Shown piece by piece: positions 32,566 to 42,157 of a stretch of 64,000 bases of DNA. The first letter of the stretch is position 1; each line of letters begins with the position of its first letter. The position numbers and the translations under genes were made by a program. A model generated the notes under the pieces. That model saw nothing but the letters and a program-made list of their open reading frames with translations. It was not told the DNA's origin and ran no database searches. The DNA is from an uncultured Methanoregulaceae archaeon (GTDB lineage Archaea; Halobacteriota; Methanomicrobia; Methanomicrobiales; Methanospirillaceae). Location: the NCBI GenBank assembly GCA_963841015.1, contig CAWJAX010000003.1, forward strand, positions 672,001 through 736,000. Reading direction: 5' to 3'.

Positions 32566-33270
32566 TTAATATACTTGATTGAGGATTTTTACCTGACCTT
32601 CTCCTTTTGAAAGTTTGTTAATAAGATCGTAGAATTCTCCCTGGATCCCCGCAGGGATGCGAACCACACAGACCCAGGATCCATCTTTTTGCCATTCGTC
32701 CTTCTCCATCGTGGATCCGGCAGCGATATCCCCATAGGCTTTTGCAGCAAAATCAGCCGGGATTCGAATCGCAAGACGGAGTTCTTCGAAGCGGATTGGA
32801 AGAAGCGGTCGCAACGCCTTGACCGTTTCTTTGACCTGTTCATCAAGATGTTTGAACGGATCGATGTTAACTCTCGCTTCTTCCATTGCCATCTCTATCC
32901 GGTGCGGGGGGTGAGGGTGACCGGTCTGGGGGTTAATGGAGTTCCTTGCGATAAAGGTGATCACCTGCCTGCGCTTCTCCTCGATCATATGTTTGCGCTG
33001 TTCGGAAGTGAGATGGATCTCTCCCTTTACTATGATCCGTCGGGCAATCGTGTCAAAATCAGTGGTATGAAATACCTTTTCCAGCGATTCATCCGATGCC
33101 CGGGTTCCCCTGGAAGCATTGCCAAAGACGTTTAATGCAGCAACAACGTCTTCGATATCGATCTTCTGACCCTGCCTCACAAGTGCTGCCTGATTCGGAT
33201 CAACGAGAATTTCAAAGCGTTCTCCAAAACTCTCAAGGCGTGCTACCACTGCGTTATCGAGCGGTATCAT
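32566..33270 (-). CDS. sdo1: Ribosome maturation factor SBDS/SDO1
   Basis: GERFEILVDP, GEIHLT, NPQT..PHPP.RIE.AM. Confidence 0.94.
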   Translation of the reverse strand: MIPLDNAVVARLESFGERFEILVDPNQAALVRQGQKIDIEDVVAALNVFGNASRGTRASDESLEKVFHTTDFDTIARRIIVKGEIHLTSEQRKHMIEEKRRQVITFIARNSINPQTGHPHPPHRIEMAMEEARVNIDPFKHLDEQVKETVKALRPLLPIRFEELRLAIRIPADFAAKAYGDIAAGSTMEKDEWQKDGSWVCVVRIPAGIQGEFYDLINKLSKGEGQVKILNQVY

Positions 33271-33276
33271 GGATGG

Positions 33277-33999
33277 TCACTGTTTGAATTGTCCGACAAA
33301 TGTAGCGACTTCTTCTTTGCTCATCTTCCGAAATACCGGGTTATCGCGTCCTATCACACCGATTTCGACGGTGTCTACATCGAATTTGCCCTCAGTGGCG
33401 GAATGAAGTGCCTTGAGGCCGAGGAGGATTACATCCTTAATCTCCGATTCAGGATTGTATTCTTCCTCGAAAACCTTCATTGCTGCGGGGCGTCCGATGC
33501 CGATACCCGTTGCTTTGTATTCCAGAAGGGTTCCGGAAGGATCGGTTTCAAAAAGACGACATTCGCCATCACTCACACCTGCAATCAGCAAGGCTGTCCC
33601 GTACGGGCGTATGCCGCCGTACTGGGTGAGTGTCTGCATGTGGTCACAAAGTCTTTTTGCGAGAGCTTCGACTTCTATGGGTTCATCGTAGGAAACACGA
33701 TTTATCTGGCATTCGATCCGGGCTCGGTCTACAAGCGACCGCGCATCTCCGACCAGTCCGGATGACGCGACTCCGATATGTTCATCAATTTTAAAAATTT
33801 TTTCGATAGATGATGCTTCAAGGAGCTTCGAGCTCACGCGTTTATCGACTATCAGGACGACACCGTCTTTTGCCTTGATACCGACCGCAGTTGTACCGCG
33901 CTTTACAGCCTCACGGGCGTATTCCACCTGGTATAGCCGGCCATCGGGAGAAAAGACCGTAATCGCCCTGTCGTATCCCATCTGATATTGTGGTTGCAT
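33277..33999 (-). CDS. psmA: Proteasome alpha subunit
   Basis: YDRAITVFSPDGRLYQVEYAREAV. Confidence 0.97.
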   Translation of the reverse strand: MQPQYQMGYDRAITVFSPDGRLYQVEYAREAVKRGTTAVGIKAKDGVVLIVDKRVSSKLLEASSIEKIFKIDEHIGVASSGLVGDARSLVDRARIECQINRVSYDEPIEVEALAKRLCDHMQTLTQYGGIRPYGTALLIAGVSDGECRLFETDPSGTLLEYKATGIGIGRPAAMKVFEEEYNPESEIKDVILLGLKALHSATEGKFDVDTVEIGVIGRDNPVFRKMSKEEVATFVGQFKQ

Positions 34000-34493
34000 T
34001 ATAATTCCTCCAGATCCTCTCTTGTCAAGAACAATCGGTTTGTATTTTTAAATCCCTTTTCAATTACATCAATCTTCTGACCGTTACACTGATCAATCTG
34101 AAACAATTTTTTATCAAACATGCATTCGCGCGAAGATATTTCTTCTGGATCGGATTTTTTTTCTTTTCGAATTTTTTCACGCAGGGTGTCGATTGTTCCC
34201 GAAGCAGCAACCATTCGCAGAGCAATACGGCTATCGCAGCAGGTTGTAATCGAGGAGAGGGCGACTGAGAGATCCTGCTCTGTTCCCCGCAGGCACCGGA
34301 GGATCATATACTGGCCTTCCGAAGCGACCACTGCTGACATAATGACCGCAGCCACCACATCGCCCCAGAGTGAAGTTGTAGCCTCAGATACCGCATAATA
34401 CAGATCCTTTTGGTCAATGATTGTGCCCGCGGGTTCGACTAGGACTAAAAGGTACCGGCGCTTCTCTCGCAATGTGGGGGGGCGGACACTCAT
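33999..34493 (-). CDS. rnp2: RNase P protein Pop5/Rpp14
   Basis: PPTLREKRRY, ASGTI. Confidence 0.88.
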   Translation of the reverse strand: MSVRPPTLREKRRYLLVLVEPAGTIIDQKDLYYAVSEATTSLWGDVVAAVIMSAVVASEGQYMILRCLRGTEQDLSVALSSITTCCDSRIALRMVAASGTIDTLREKIRKEKKSDPEEISSRECMFDKKLFQIDQCNGQKIDVIEKGFKNTNRLFLTREDLEEL

Positions 34494-35134
34494 AGAATCA
34501 CCTTAACTGCTGGATTGGGAGGAGTGGTGATGATATCTACACCAAAAAAAGCCCTTTCAACATCGGGAATATCCATACCGATGAGAGAACACAGTCCTGC
34601 AATCTCCCGGACTGCACGCATATCAAGAATAGAGCGGGCATGTGATGAGATGGTCAGAGGAAATTCATACCGTCGCTGAAGTACCAGGATATCACGATAC
34701 CGGTGAATGACGCGCTGACGTGTAAAACCCCGGCCTGAAATGAGGGGAGACAGATCAAGATCAATAGCAACACGGTTATCAGCTGCGATCTTGGCGGCCA
34801 CATGATCGAACGCATTTTTATCTGCTGAATGAAGACCTCTGAGAATATGAACCCCCTTGTGATTCAGCACAGACCGGTTGAACCCGTTATCCCTGGACTG
34901 AACTGATACAACTACTGTATTATTTCTCTCACGTTTTATTCGGCTTGAAAGATCTTTTACCGAAGTGTCCCGGATAAGGATTCCTGAAAATATTTCAACT
35001 CCATACATCTCGCCAGAGGGCGTGTCAGCGGCAACAAGACGGTCAAGGCCCAGACCTTTCGCTTCCAGCGCCATCCTGCGTACCGATGAGTCCCCACAGG
35101 GGTAAGGATAGACACAGGCATCGGTGATCTTCAT
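34490..35134 (-). CDS. rnp3: RNase P protein Rpp30
   Basis: FDHVAAK.AA...VAI, SS.A.S..D.R; position between rpl15e and rnp2. Confidence 0.87.
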   Translation of the reverse strand: MKITDACVYPYPCGDSSVRRMALEAKGLGLDRLVAADTPSGEMYGVEIFSGILIRDTSVKDLSSRIKRERNNTVVVSVQSRDNGFNRSVLNHKGVHILRGLHSADKNAFDHVAAKIAADNRVAIDLDLSPLISGRGFTRQRVIHRYRDILVLQRRYEFPLTISSHARSILDMRAVREIAGLCSLIGMDIPDVERAFFGVDIITTPPNPAVKVIL

Positions 35135-35166
35135 GAAAGTAAACTTTGAGTAAAAAGAGGATAAGG

Positions 35167-35757
35167 TTATTTCCCCTGGTTTGCATGGGAACGGATGCTT
35201 GGGCGTGTCTTTTCTGTACCCTTGCCCCGGGTACTCATACCCCGCCCCTTGCGCCCGGCAGAGGTCTTGCCACGCTCAGCCCGGCCACGGTGTGTTGAGT
35301 TTGCCAGCCATGCAAGGTTTTTGTCAACCTGGATTGAAGGGTGGTGACCGTCAACGAGAATTACCTCGTAATATTTAAGCTTGCCATCCTGCCCGACCCA
35401 GTAGGAGTTAAGTACTTCCATATTAGGAAATCTCTTAGAAGCGCGCTCCTCGGCAATCCGCTGGATGCTCTTTCCTGCAGTAGAGCGGTTCTTGCCCATA
35501 CGTGCCGAACGGCGTGCACGTACATACCTGGATACTCTGCGACCACCGCGGCGTACCTGCACACGTGCAACAGCTATTCCCTGTTTTGCTTTATAGCCAA
35601 GGGAACGCGCGCGGTCAATACGGGTGGGGCGTTCGAGCCGGACAACGCTGCCTTCACGGCGCCATTCCTGCATGCGGTTCCAGAGGAGTTCTTTCACTCC
35701 ACTCTTTGCGGGTACTTTCCATGCCTCCCTGACGAAGGCGTACATCGATTTTACCAT
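35167..35757 (-). CDS. rpl15e: 50S ribosomal protein L15e
   Basis: [30 protein letters not shown]. Confidence 0.97.
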   Translation of the reverse strand: MVKSMYAFVREAWKVPAKSGVKELLWNRMQEWRREGSVVRLERPTRIDRARSLGYKAKQGIAVARVQVRRGGRRVSRYVRARRSARMGKNRSTAGKSIQRIAEERASKRFPNMEVLNSYWVGQDGKLKYYEVILVDGHHPSIQVDKNLAWLANSTHRGRAERGKTSAGRKGRGMSTRGKGTEKTRPSIRSHANQGK

Positions 35758-35759
35758 GT

Positions 35760-35830
35760 TGATCTCCTAAGGTTCGGCTCACGTGGAGCTGACATTCCTT
35801 TCAACGGGACGGATCCCGTATTCCCACATA
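35760..35830 (-). promoter_or_regulatory. Structured 5' leader of rpl15e (eL15 ribosomal-leader candidate)
   Basis: Hairpins ACGGGA-TCCG-TCCCGT and GCTC-CACGT-GAGC between a TTTAATA box and the AGGAG RBS. Confidence 0.6.
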
Positions 35831-35888
35831 CTTTAACCCGAGGGCTATTAAAGTACTCCGGCTCCTGCTCATCAAGAGGATTTGATAA

Positions 35889-36357
35889 TCAGGTACCCTT
35901 GCGCTTCTCAATAACCCGGATATCCTGAATACACGTAACCGGATATTGACCATCAGCATCTTTTTCTGCTGACTTTACCATATCCCAGACCGTAAGCAAT
36001 GCAACGGAAACCCCGACAAGCGCCTCCATTTCCACACCCGTCTTTCCCGCGGATTTCACTCGCACCATTACTTCAATGAACCCTTCACCTTCATCAAATT
36101 CAACGACAATCGAACTTATTGGAATCGAATGGCACATGGGGATAAGGGCAGGCGTGTTTTTGACCGAGAGCGTTGCTGCAACACGTGCGGTAGAAAGAAC
36201 ATTACCTTTCACGACAGTTCCGTGCCGGATCGCATCCATTGTCTCTGGTTTTAAGAAAATTTTTCCGACAGCCTGCTGCTTCGCGGATAACATCATTTTT
36301 TGCACTTATATCTACCATCTGTGCCCGTTCATTCTGGATATGCGAAAACTCAACCAT
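35889..36357 (-). CDS. moaC: Cyclic pyranopterin monophosphate synthase, frameshift near 36275
   Basis: MVEFSHI..AQMVDISAK in one frame joins LIPMCH, TGVEMEAL, WDMVKS. Confidence 0.9.
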
Positions 36358-37768
36358 TCACACCATTCCTGAATAATTCTGCCGGAATCCGGTCTACGAG
36401 ATCAGACGCAAGCATACCCTCACCCCGCTCTGCTGCAACAATCTCTCCGGCCCTGCCATTAACATACGCAGCAATACACCCCGCATCAAAAGCGGGCAGG
36501 TGACAGAGAAGTGCACCGGCGACTCCTGCGAGCACATCGCCTGTACCACCCACCGTCATTGCCGGATCACCGGTGCGGTTGAACCGGACCCGATTCCCGT
36601 CAGTTATTATATCGATGCATCCTTTGAGAAGTACCTGTACCCTTTATCCCGGAACCCTTTGCAGCCAATGCACGTTCGTTTGTATCGTCAGAAAGTTTGA
36701 TTCCGGTGATTCGGGTGAACTCTCCCGCATGCGGAGTATAGAGGGTCTCATTCTTTGCAACCGGCAACGGAAGCCGTAGAGCATCCGCATCAATCACTGC
36801 CTTTTTGCAGTGGGGTGCGACGGCTCGAATTACTTCATGACTCACGGTACCCAGCCCGTTCCCGCAGATGACTGCATCAGCATGTCTGGCAAGAACAATC
36901 AGCTGTTCGATATGGTTCTCTCCTATCCGCTCTCCATCCAGTCGTTCATAGATCAAATCGGGAAGAGGCTCAAAGACAGGGGATGCGATCCGTACGATAT
37001 CCGCACCCGCCCGCAACGCACCAAGCCCGGCCAGATAGGGGGCACCCTGATACGGTCCGCCACCGATAACCAGTACTTCCCCCCGGCCCCTTTGTGTGCC
37101 TTACGTCCCCTGGCAGGAATAAGGGTGAGTTCCCCGGGACCAACACAGCACTCCGCTTCAAGGGGTATGCCAATATCAACGACCGTAGATCCTTGAACCT
37201 TAGCCCGGTGGAATGCGCAGATCCGTTCCGCCCGCATTCCCGGAGTGGGAACATCCGCAGCGATGATCTGCGCAGTGGACACATTTGCCATTTTGACGCA
37301 GGTAGAAAGTGGCTCTTTTAAGGAACCGGTTGCACCAATACCAAGCAGTGCATCAATAATCACCTCAGCATGCTCAAACAGGGAACACATTGCCACAAGA
37401 TCATCACGGCATTGGAAGGGGTGAAGGTTAACATGACAGCGTTTTAACACTGCGAGTTGGTGTTCACAGGCACCGCTTCTCTTTCCGGAATCGAGATAGC
37501 AGACATCTGTCCTGACTCCCCGCTGGAGATGACGGGCGGCCACCATACCGTCACCACCATTATTGCCTTTACCGCAAAGGATGAGAACCCGGTTAGGGCT
37601 GAGAGCAAGTGCCATATCAGCAAGTGCATACCCCGCACTCTCCATCAACTGGAGCTCGGTAACACCCATTGCTATCGCATTTACATCAACTGCACGCATT
37701 CTGGCAGGACTGATGATCCCCGTTTCCAGGAACCCTTCTATTCGTTCGGGTAGCATTCTAGAGCACAC
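36350..37768 (-). CDS. nnr: Bifunctional NAD(P)H-hydrate epimerase/dehydratase, two frameshifts (near 37080 and 36635)
   Basis: LMESAG, GKGNNGGDG, DALLG.G, VIDADAL, TPHAGEF, GGTGDVLAG across three ORFs. Confidence 0.88.
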
Positions 37769-37800
37769 TTCATGTGTATGAACTCCCTAAATATTAGGCA

Positions 37801-39201
37801 ATGGGTTTTAGTGATGATGTCAAAGCAGCTGCAGAACAGATCGCGGCAGCACCGGAAGTAACCATTATCTCCCACATCGATGCGGATGGGATCGCGTGTG
37901 AGGCAATCCTTTCTCAGGCAATCTCCCGACAGGGGATACGTGTCAGGTCCGTTTTTGTCCGTCAGCTTGAACCATTAACTATGCCTCAGGTCCCTGCTGA
38001 CGCATCACTCAAAGTCTTCACCGATCTTGGTGCAGGACAACAAAATCTTCTTTTTGATCGGGGATTAAAGGAAAAAGAAGTCGTGATCATCGACCACCAT
38101 GTGAGTCAGCCATGTGAACGGCAATACACTCAGGTGAATTGCCTGCCTTACGGTCATTCGCGAATGAGTGCCGCAGGCGTCTCTTATTTTGTAGCAAAAC
38201 AGCTGGACACGATAAACATTGATCTCGCGAAGCTCGCTGTCATTGGTAATGTCGGGGATATGATGGCACGGGAAAAATGCGGACTGGTTGGTCCCGCACG
38301 TGACATAATAGTTGAAGATGGTATGCGGCACCAGTCGGTAGAAGTACGGAAAAAGGATCTCAACTGCTACGGCACCGCAACACGCCCGCTGCACCTCTCG
38401 CTTGCGTATAATGATGACCCTTTCATTAAAGGGATCAGCAACAATGTGGAGGGGGCACGGCAGTTCTTAAAACGTCTCGGGATCCGGCAACAGAATGAAA
38501 ACGGACGTTGGTTTGTGTGGGAAGAGATCCCGGTGGAGGATAAAAGGACGATCATCTCCGCACTTGCCGAACAATTAATCGCCAATGGAGAGTCGGTCGA
38601 CCGGCTCCTTGCAGAAACATATGGGTTCCCTGGTGAAATCCCCAGGACTCCGCTGCGGAATGCACAGGAATACGCAACAATGCTCAATGCCTGTGGACGA
38701 TGGTCAAAACCTCATGTTGGCGGTGCAATTCTCCGCGGGGATCGTGGTGTCGCGTACCGTGATGCCGAACATATGCTCAACAACCACCGGGCAATTATCC
38801 GCAACCTGCTCCAGTATATTATTGATACCGGGGTTAAAGAGCTGGAAAACCTGCAATGGATCCACGTTGGCGGGCGGTATCCCGATACGATTGTGGGCAT
38901 AGGTGCCGGTATGGCGCTCTCGAAACTCAACAGCACAAAACCCATTCTGGTAATGTGTGAAGTGCCCGAGGATACGAATCTGACGAAAGTTTCAATGAGG
39001 ACAAATGAAAGGGTAGTAGAGAAGGGTGTCGATCTCCAGCAGGCTCTCAGTGACGCATCTGCAGAATATGGGGGAGGCGGAGGCGGGCACAAGATCGCGG
39101 CGGGGGCATATATCCCCAAAACAGCGGAAAAGGAGTTTGTGAATCGTGTCAACCGGATACTCGGAGAACAGTTCGCTGCGGCGAGTCCAGACAATTGCTG
39201 A
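37801..39201 (+). CDS. DHH family phosphoesterase (archaeal RecJ-like)
   Basis: SHIDADG, TDLG, IDHH, GGGHKIAAGA. Confidence 0.9.
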   Translation: MGFSDDVKAAAEQIAAAPEVTIISHIDADGIACEAILSQAISRQGIRVRSVFVRQLEPLTMPQVPADASLKVFTDLGAGQQNLLFDRGLKEKEVVIIDHHVSQPCERQYTQVNCLPYGHSRMSAAGVSYFVAKQLDTINIDLAKLAVIGNVGDMMAREKCGLVGPARDIIVEDGMRHQSVEVRKKDLNCYGTATRPLHLSLAYNDDPFIKGISNNVEGARQFLKRLGIRQQNENGRWFVWEEIPVEDKRTIISALAEQLIANGESVDRLLAETYGFPGEIPRTPLRNAQEYATMLNACGRWSKPHVGGAILRGDRGVAYRDAEHMLNNHRAIIRNLLQYIIDTGVKELENLQWIHVGGRYPDTIVGIGAGMALSKLNSTKPILVMCEVPEDTNLTKVSMRTNERVVEKGVDLQQALSDASAEYGGGGGGHKIAAGAYIPKTAEKEFVNRVNRILGEQFAAASPDNC

Positions 39202-39700
39202 TTACCAGTTCGGGAGAGGCGTAGGAATCGGGCTTTTTCCCGAAGATTGCACGTATATCTTCTCAACTACGGGAAGAATCCGCCAAATCCTTTTTGGGGG
39301 TGTCCGCCTTGCAACGGTTCGGGCTTCGGACGGCAGGTTGACACTCGGCATCGAAGGGGCAAAACGTCTCAGAACAATACTTCCGGCGCCAGGATACCGT
39401 GTGGTTATCCGTGATGATGTTACTGAGTTTGTGGCGCAAGGCAAGAATGCCTTTGCAAAACATGTTGTCGCGGCAGACCCGGCAATCCGCGCGGGGGATG
39501 ATGTACTCGTAGTTGCAGGAACTGACCGGTTGATAGCCTGTGGGTCTGCGGTGGTTTCAGGCACGGAGATGCTTGCATTTAATTATGGAGTAGCAGTAAG
39601 AGTACGGCAGGGTAGTGAGAAAAATGCTTCCGGGAAATATCAATCCACGCCAGATGAAGGCGATGATGAAGAAGCTCGGCATGCAGGTCGAGCAGATTGA
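39146..39700 (+). CDS. PUA-domain protein (archaeosine TGT C-terminal-like); true 3' end uncertain
   Basis: IADYQFG.G, GRIRQI, DGRLTL, GKNAFAKHV, VAVRVR. Confidence 0.8.
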   Translation: MSTGYSENSSLRRVQTIADYQFGRGVGIGLFPEDCTYIFSTTGRIRQILFGGVRLATVRASDGRLTLGIEGAKRLRTILPAPGYRVVIRDDVTEFVAQGKNAFAKHVVAADPAIRAGDDVLVVAGTDRLIACGSAVVSGTEMLAFNYGVAVRVRQGSEKNASGKYQSTPDEGDDEEARHAGRAD

Positions 39701-39965
39701 AGACGTGCAGAGTATTGTCATCAAAACACCGAAGGGCAATTATATCTTTGATTCGGCCGAGGTTTCAGCGATGACCATGCAGGGAACCACAACATACCAG
39801 GTCGTCGGCGATATCCGGTTTGAACCAGCAGCACCCGATATCCTCAAAGAGGATATCACCATGGTGGCTGCCCAGGCAAATGTCTCTGAGGAGAAGGCAA
39901 AAGAGGCTCTGGTTGCAACAAAAGGCGATATCGCAGAAGCGATTATGCGCCTCTCCAGCTCATGA
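39624..39965 (+). CDS. nac: Nascent polypeptide-associated complex protein
   Basis: NPRQMKAMMKKLGM; UBA-like end GDIAEAI. Confidence 0.93.
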   Translation: MLPGNINPRQMKAMMKKLGMQVEQIEDVQSIVIKTPKGNYIFDSAEVSAMTMQGTTTYQVVGDIRFEPAAPDILKEDITMVAAQANVSEEKAKEALVATKGDIAEAIMRLSSS

Positions 39966-40687
39966 TCGAATCAGGCGATCGTGTACTTCTCATTGGCGAA
40001 GGCAGGGAATTTTTTGTCAAAGCCGGACCGGGGATGCTCTCAACAGATAAAGGGCAGCTTGATCTGGCATCGCTGGTTGGGGGTGTCGCAGGGGATATTC
40101 TGACCACCCATAACGGTTCGAAGTTCACTGTTCGCATACCCCGGCCCACCGACTTTTTCACCTATGGTAAACGGTCAGGTGCACCCATGCTGCCCAAGGA
40201 TATCGGTCTTGTGATTGCGTATACTGGCATGAATCATAACGATAACGTGCTCGATGCAGGTACGGGCAGCGGGATTGCAGCGATTTACTTTGGAGGAGTA
40301 GCAAAAACGGTCAAAACATATGAGGTACGTCCTGAGTTCTCTGCGCTTGCACAGAAAAACATCACTGAGGCCAAGCTGAAAAATGTTGAAGCGGTTGCTG
40401 CGGATTTCCTTGCTGCTGAGGGATTGTTTGAGGTTGTTCATCTCGATATGCAAATCCAGCCTGAACATATCGAACATGCATGCTCCCTCCTTTCCTCTGG
40501 AGGATATCTTGCGTGCTATACCCCTTTTTTAGAGCAGATGGCAATTGTAGTTGATGCGGCATCCGGGCAGTTTTCTGAGGTTCATACTCATGAGCTGATA
40601 GAGAGGGAGATGACCCGATCGAAGCGGGGGACACGGCCTTCCACGAGTGTTTGCCACTCTGGATATGTCACAATTGCACGGAAATAA
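39962..40687 (+). CDS. trmI: tRNA (adenine-57/58-N1)-methyltransferase
   Basis: PKDIG, VLDAGTGSG, YEVR, LDM, TRP...HSGY. Confidence 0.88.
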   Translation: MIESGDRVLLIGEGREFFVKAGPGMLSTDKGQLDLASLVGGVAGDILTTHNGSKFTVRIPRPTDFFTYGKRSGAPMLPKDIGLVIAYTGMNHNDNVLDAGTGSGIAAIYFGGVAKTVKTYEVRPEFSALAQKNITEAKLKNVEAVAADFLAAEGLFEVVHLDMQIQPEHIEHACSLLSSGGYLACYTPFLEQMAIVVDAASGQFSEVHTHELIEREMTRSKRGTRPSTSVCHSGYVTIARK

Positions 40688-40763
40688 AGGATTTTAATTG
40701 CTTTGGAACGAAAAATGTGAGTTCGTCAAAACGGCGATTCCAAATTCTTTAAAAAAAATCTTA

Positions 40764-41888
40764 TTAAGGAGATTTATTCTTTTTTTTATCTGAGGTGCTT
40801 TCCCATACCCGCATGTCTTTACCAAGATTCAACAGACCCGCAAAGAGATAAAACTGGTTTATAATAAACGCATAAACCAGATTTTGTCTCCAGGCTGCCC
40901 CTATCCCTGCGAAGAAACCTACGAACAACATGAGGAAAAGAGGATTTAACAGGAAAATCCCTATCGTGAAAAATATAATACCAACAAAAAAAAGGACAGG
41001 TGTACCGAGATATATGAAGATTCTCATGGGATAAAAAAAGCGCGAAAACGGGGTTTTTCCACCCAAAAGATCCAGGTTTGACAAGGTCGCTTCAATCAGG
41101 CCTGTTGCTCTTCGAGTCTTCTGCCGGTACTGTATTTTAAAACTCTTTGGAATATCCTCGTACACTATCGCTTCACTTTCATATACTGCCCGGTAGCCTT
41201 TGCGGATCGCTTCAAATGCAGTATTTGCATCATCAGCTCCACGCTTATCATTTATTCTCTTTATGAGATCGGACCGGAAAGCAACAAGGGCACCGTTAAA
41301 ATTGTAGGTTGAATCATGTGCGCTTTCCCATTCACACATACGACCATAAAAGGATCGATATACACCTTCCAGCATGGTGGTACTCTGAGAATTCATAAGC
41401 GGTCTGAGTTCTCCGGTTACCGCTGCAATTTTTTCATCACTCAAAAGACGCCCGATGAGACAGGTAAGAGCGTCAGGTTCAAAAAAAACATCAGCGTCCG
41501 TGGTTACAATAATGGGATACTGTGCTTTTGTAAGTGCGGAATTATACGACCTGTTTGTACCTAATCGTTCAGTATTTGCAATGAGGTGATAAGTAATTCC
41601 CGAACGTTCCAGATACAATTTCGCCAGATTTTTTGTATTGTCACTTGAGAGATCGTCAACAAAGATAATTTCCATACTCTCTTTTGGATAATCGCACTCT
41701 TGGATATTCGAAATTCTTTTTTCAATCACCAGTTCTTCATTATAAGCCGACATAACTATGCTGATAGCGGGATATTTCAGAGGCGGGATGATTTCGTCAC
41801 ATTTTCTGCCAAAATAAATACCCAATAAATAAATCATATAGGGAAACAGGGCGATAAACAAAAGCAGGACTGACAGAAAGAGAAGCAT
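40764..41888 (-). CDS. Glycosyltransferase family 2, membrane-bound
   Basis: SAYNEE, VDD.SSD, TDAD, QKTRR; AT-richer than neighbours. Confidence 0.9.
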   Translation of the reverse strand: MLLFLSVLLLFIALFPYMIYLLGIYFGRKCDEIIPPLKYPAISIVMSAYNEELVIEKRISNIQECDYPKESMEIIFVDDLSSDNTKNLAKLYLERSGITYHLIANTERLGTNRSYNSALTKAQYPIIVTTDADVFFEPDALTCLIGRLLSDEKIAAVTGELRPLMNSQSTTMLEGVYRSFYGRMCEWESAHDSTYNFNGALVAFRSDLIKRINDKRGADDANTAFEAIRKGYRAVYESEAIVYEDIPKSFKIQYRQKTRRATGLIEATLSNLDLLGGKTPFSRFFYPMRIFIYLGTPVLFFVGIIFFTIGIFLLNPLFLMLFVGFFAGIGAAWRQNLVYAFIINQFYLFAGLLNLGKDMRVWESTSDKKKNKSP

Positions 41889-42157
41889 TTGTTATACATT
41901 TTTCAAATTCCAATTAATATACTATCGTTTTGAAATTCAGGAACAAACTGATGAAAGAACATGTTAATGAGAAGGGCAAATCTGCATGTCTCAAAACTTC
42001 TTTTTGGAATTTTTTTAATTAATGAGGATTCACCCCTCATAAAAAAAGAGATGCTCCCTTGCGACTTTCAGAAGAAAAGGTGCGAAGAAGGTTACTCCTG
42101 TTAAAATGTAATTTTTTTAGATTGTAAACGAAAAGGAGTGATCAAAAAAAATGCCTG

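Noticed and set aside
39624-39700. Overlap of the PUA-domain ORF with nac as dual coding
   Set aside because: The tail looks non-conserved and may come from a lost stop or indel
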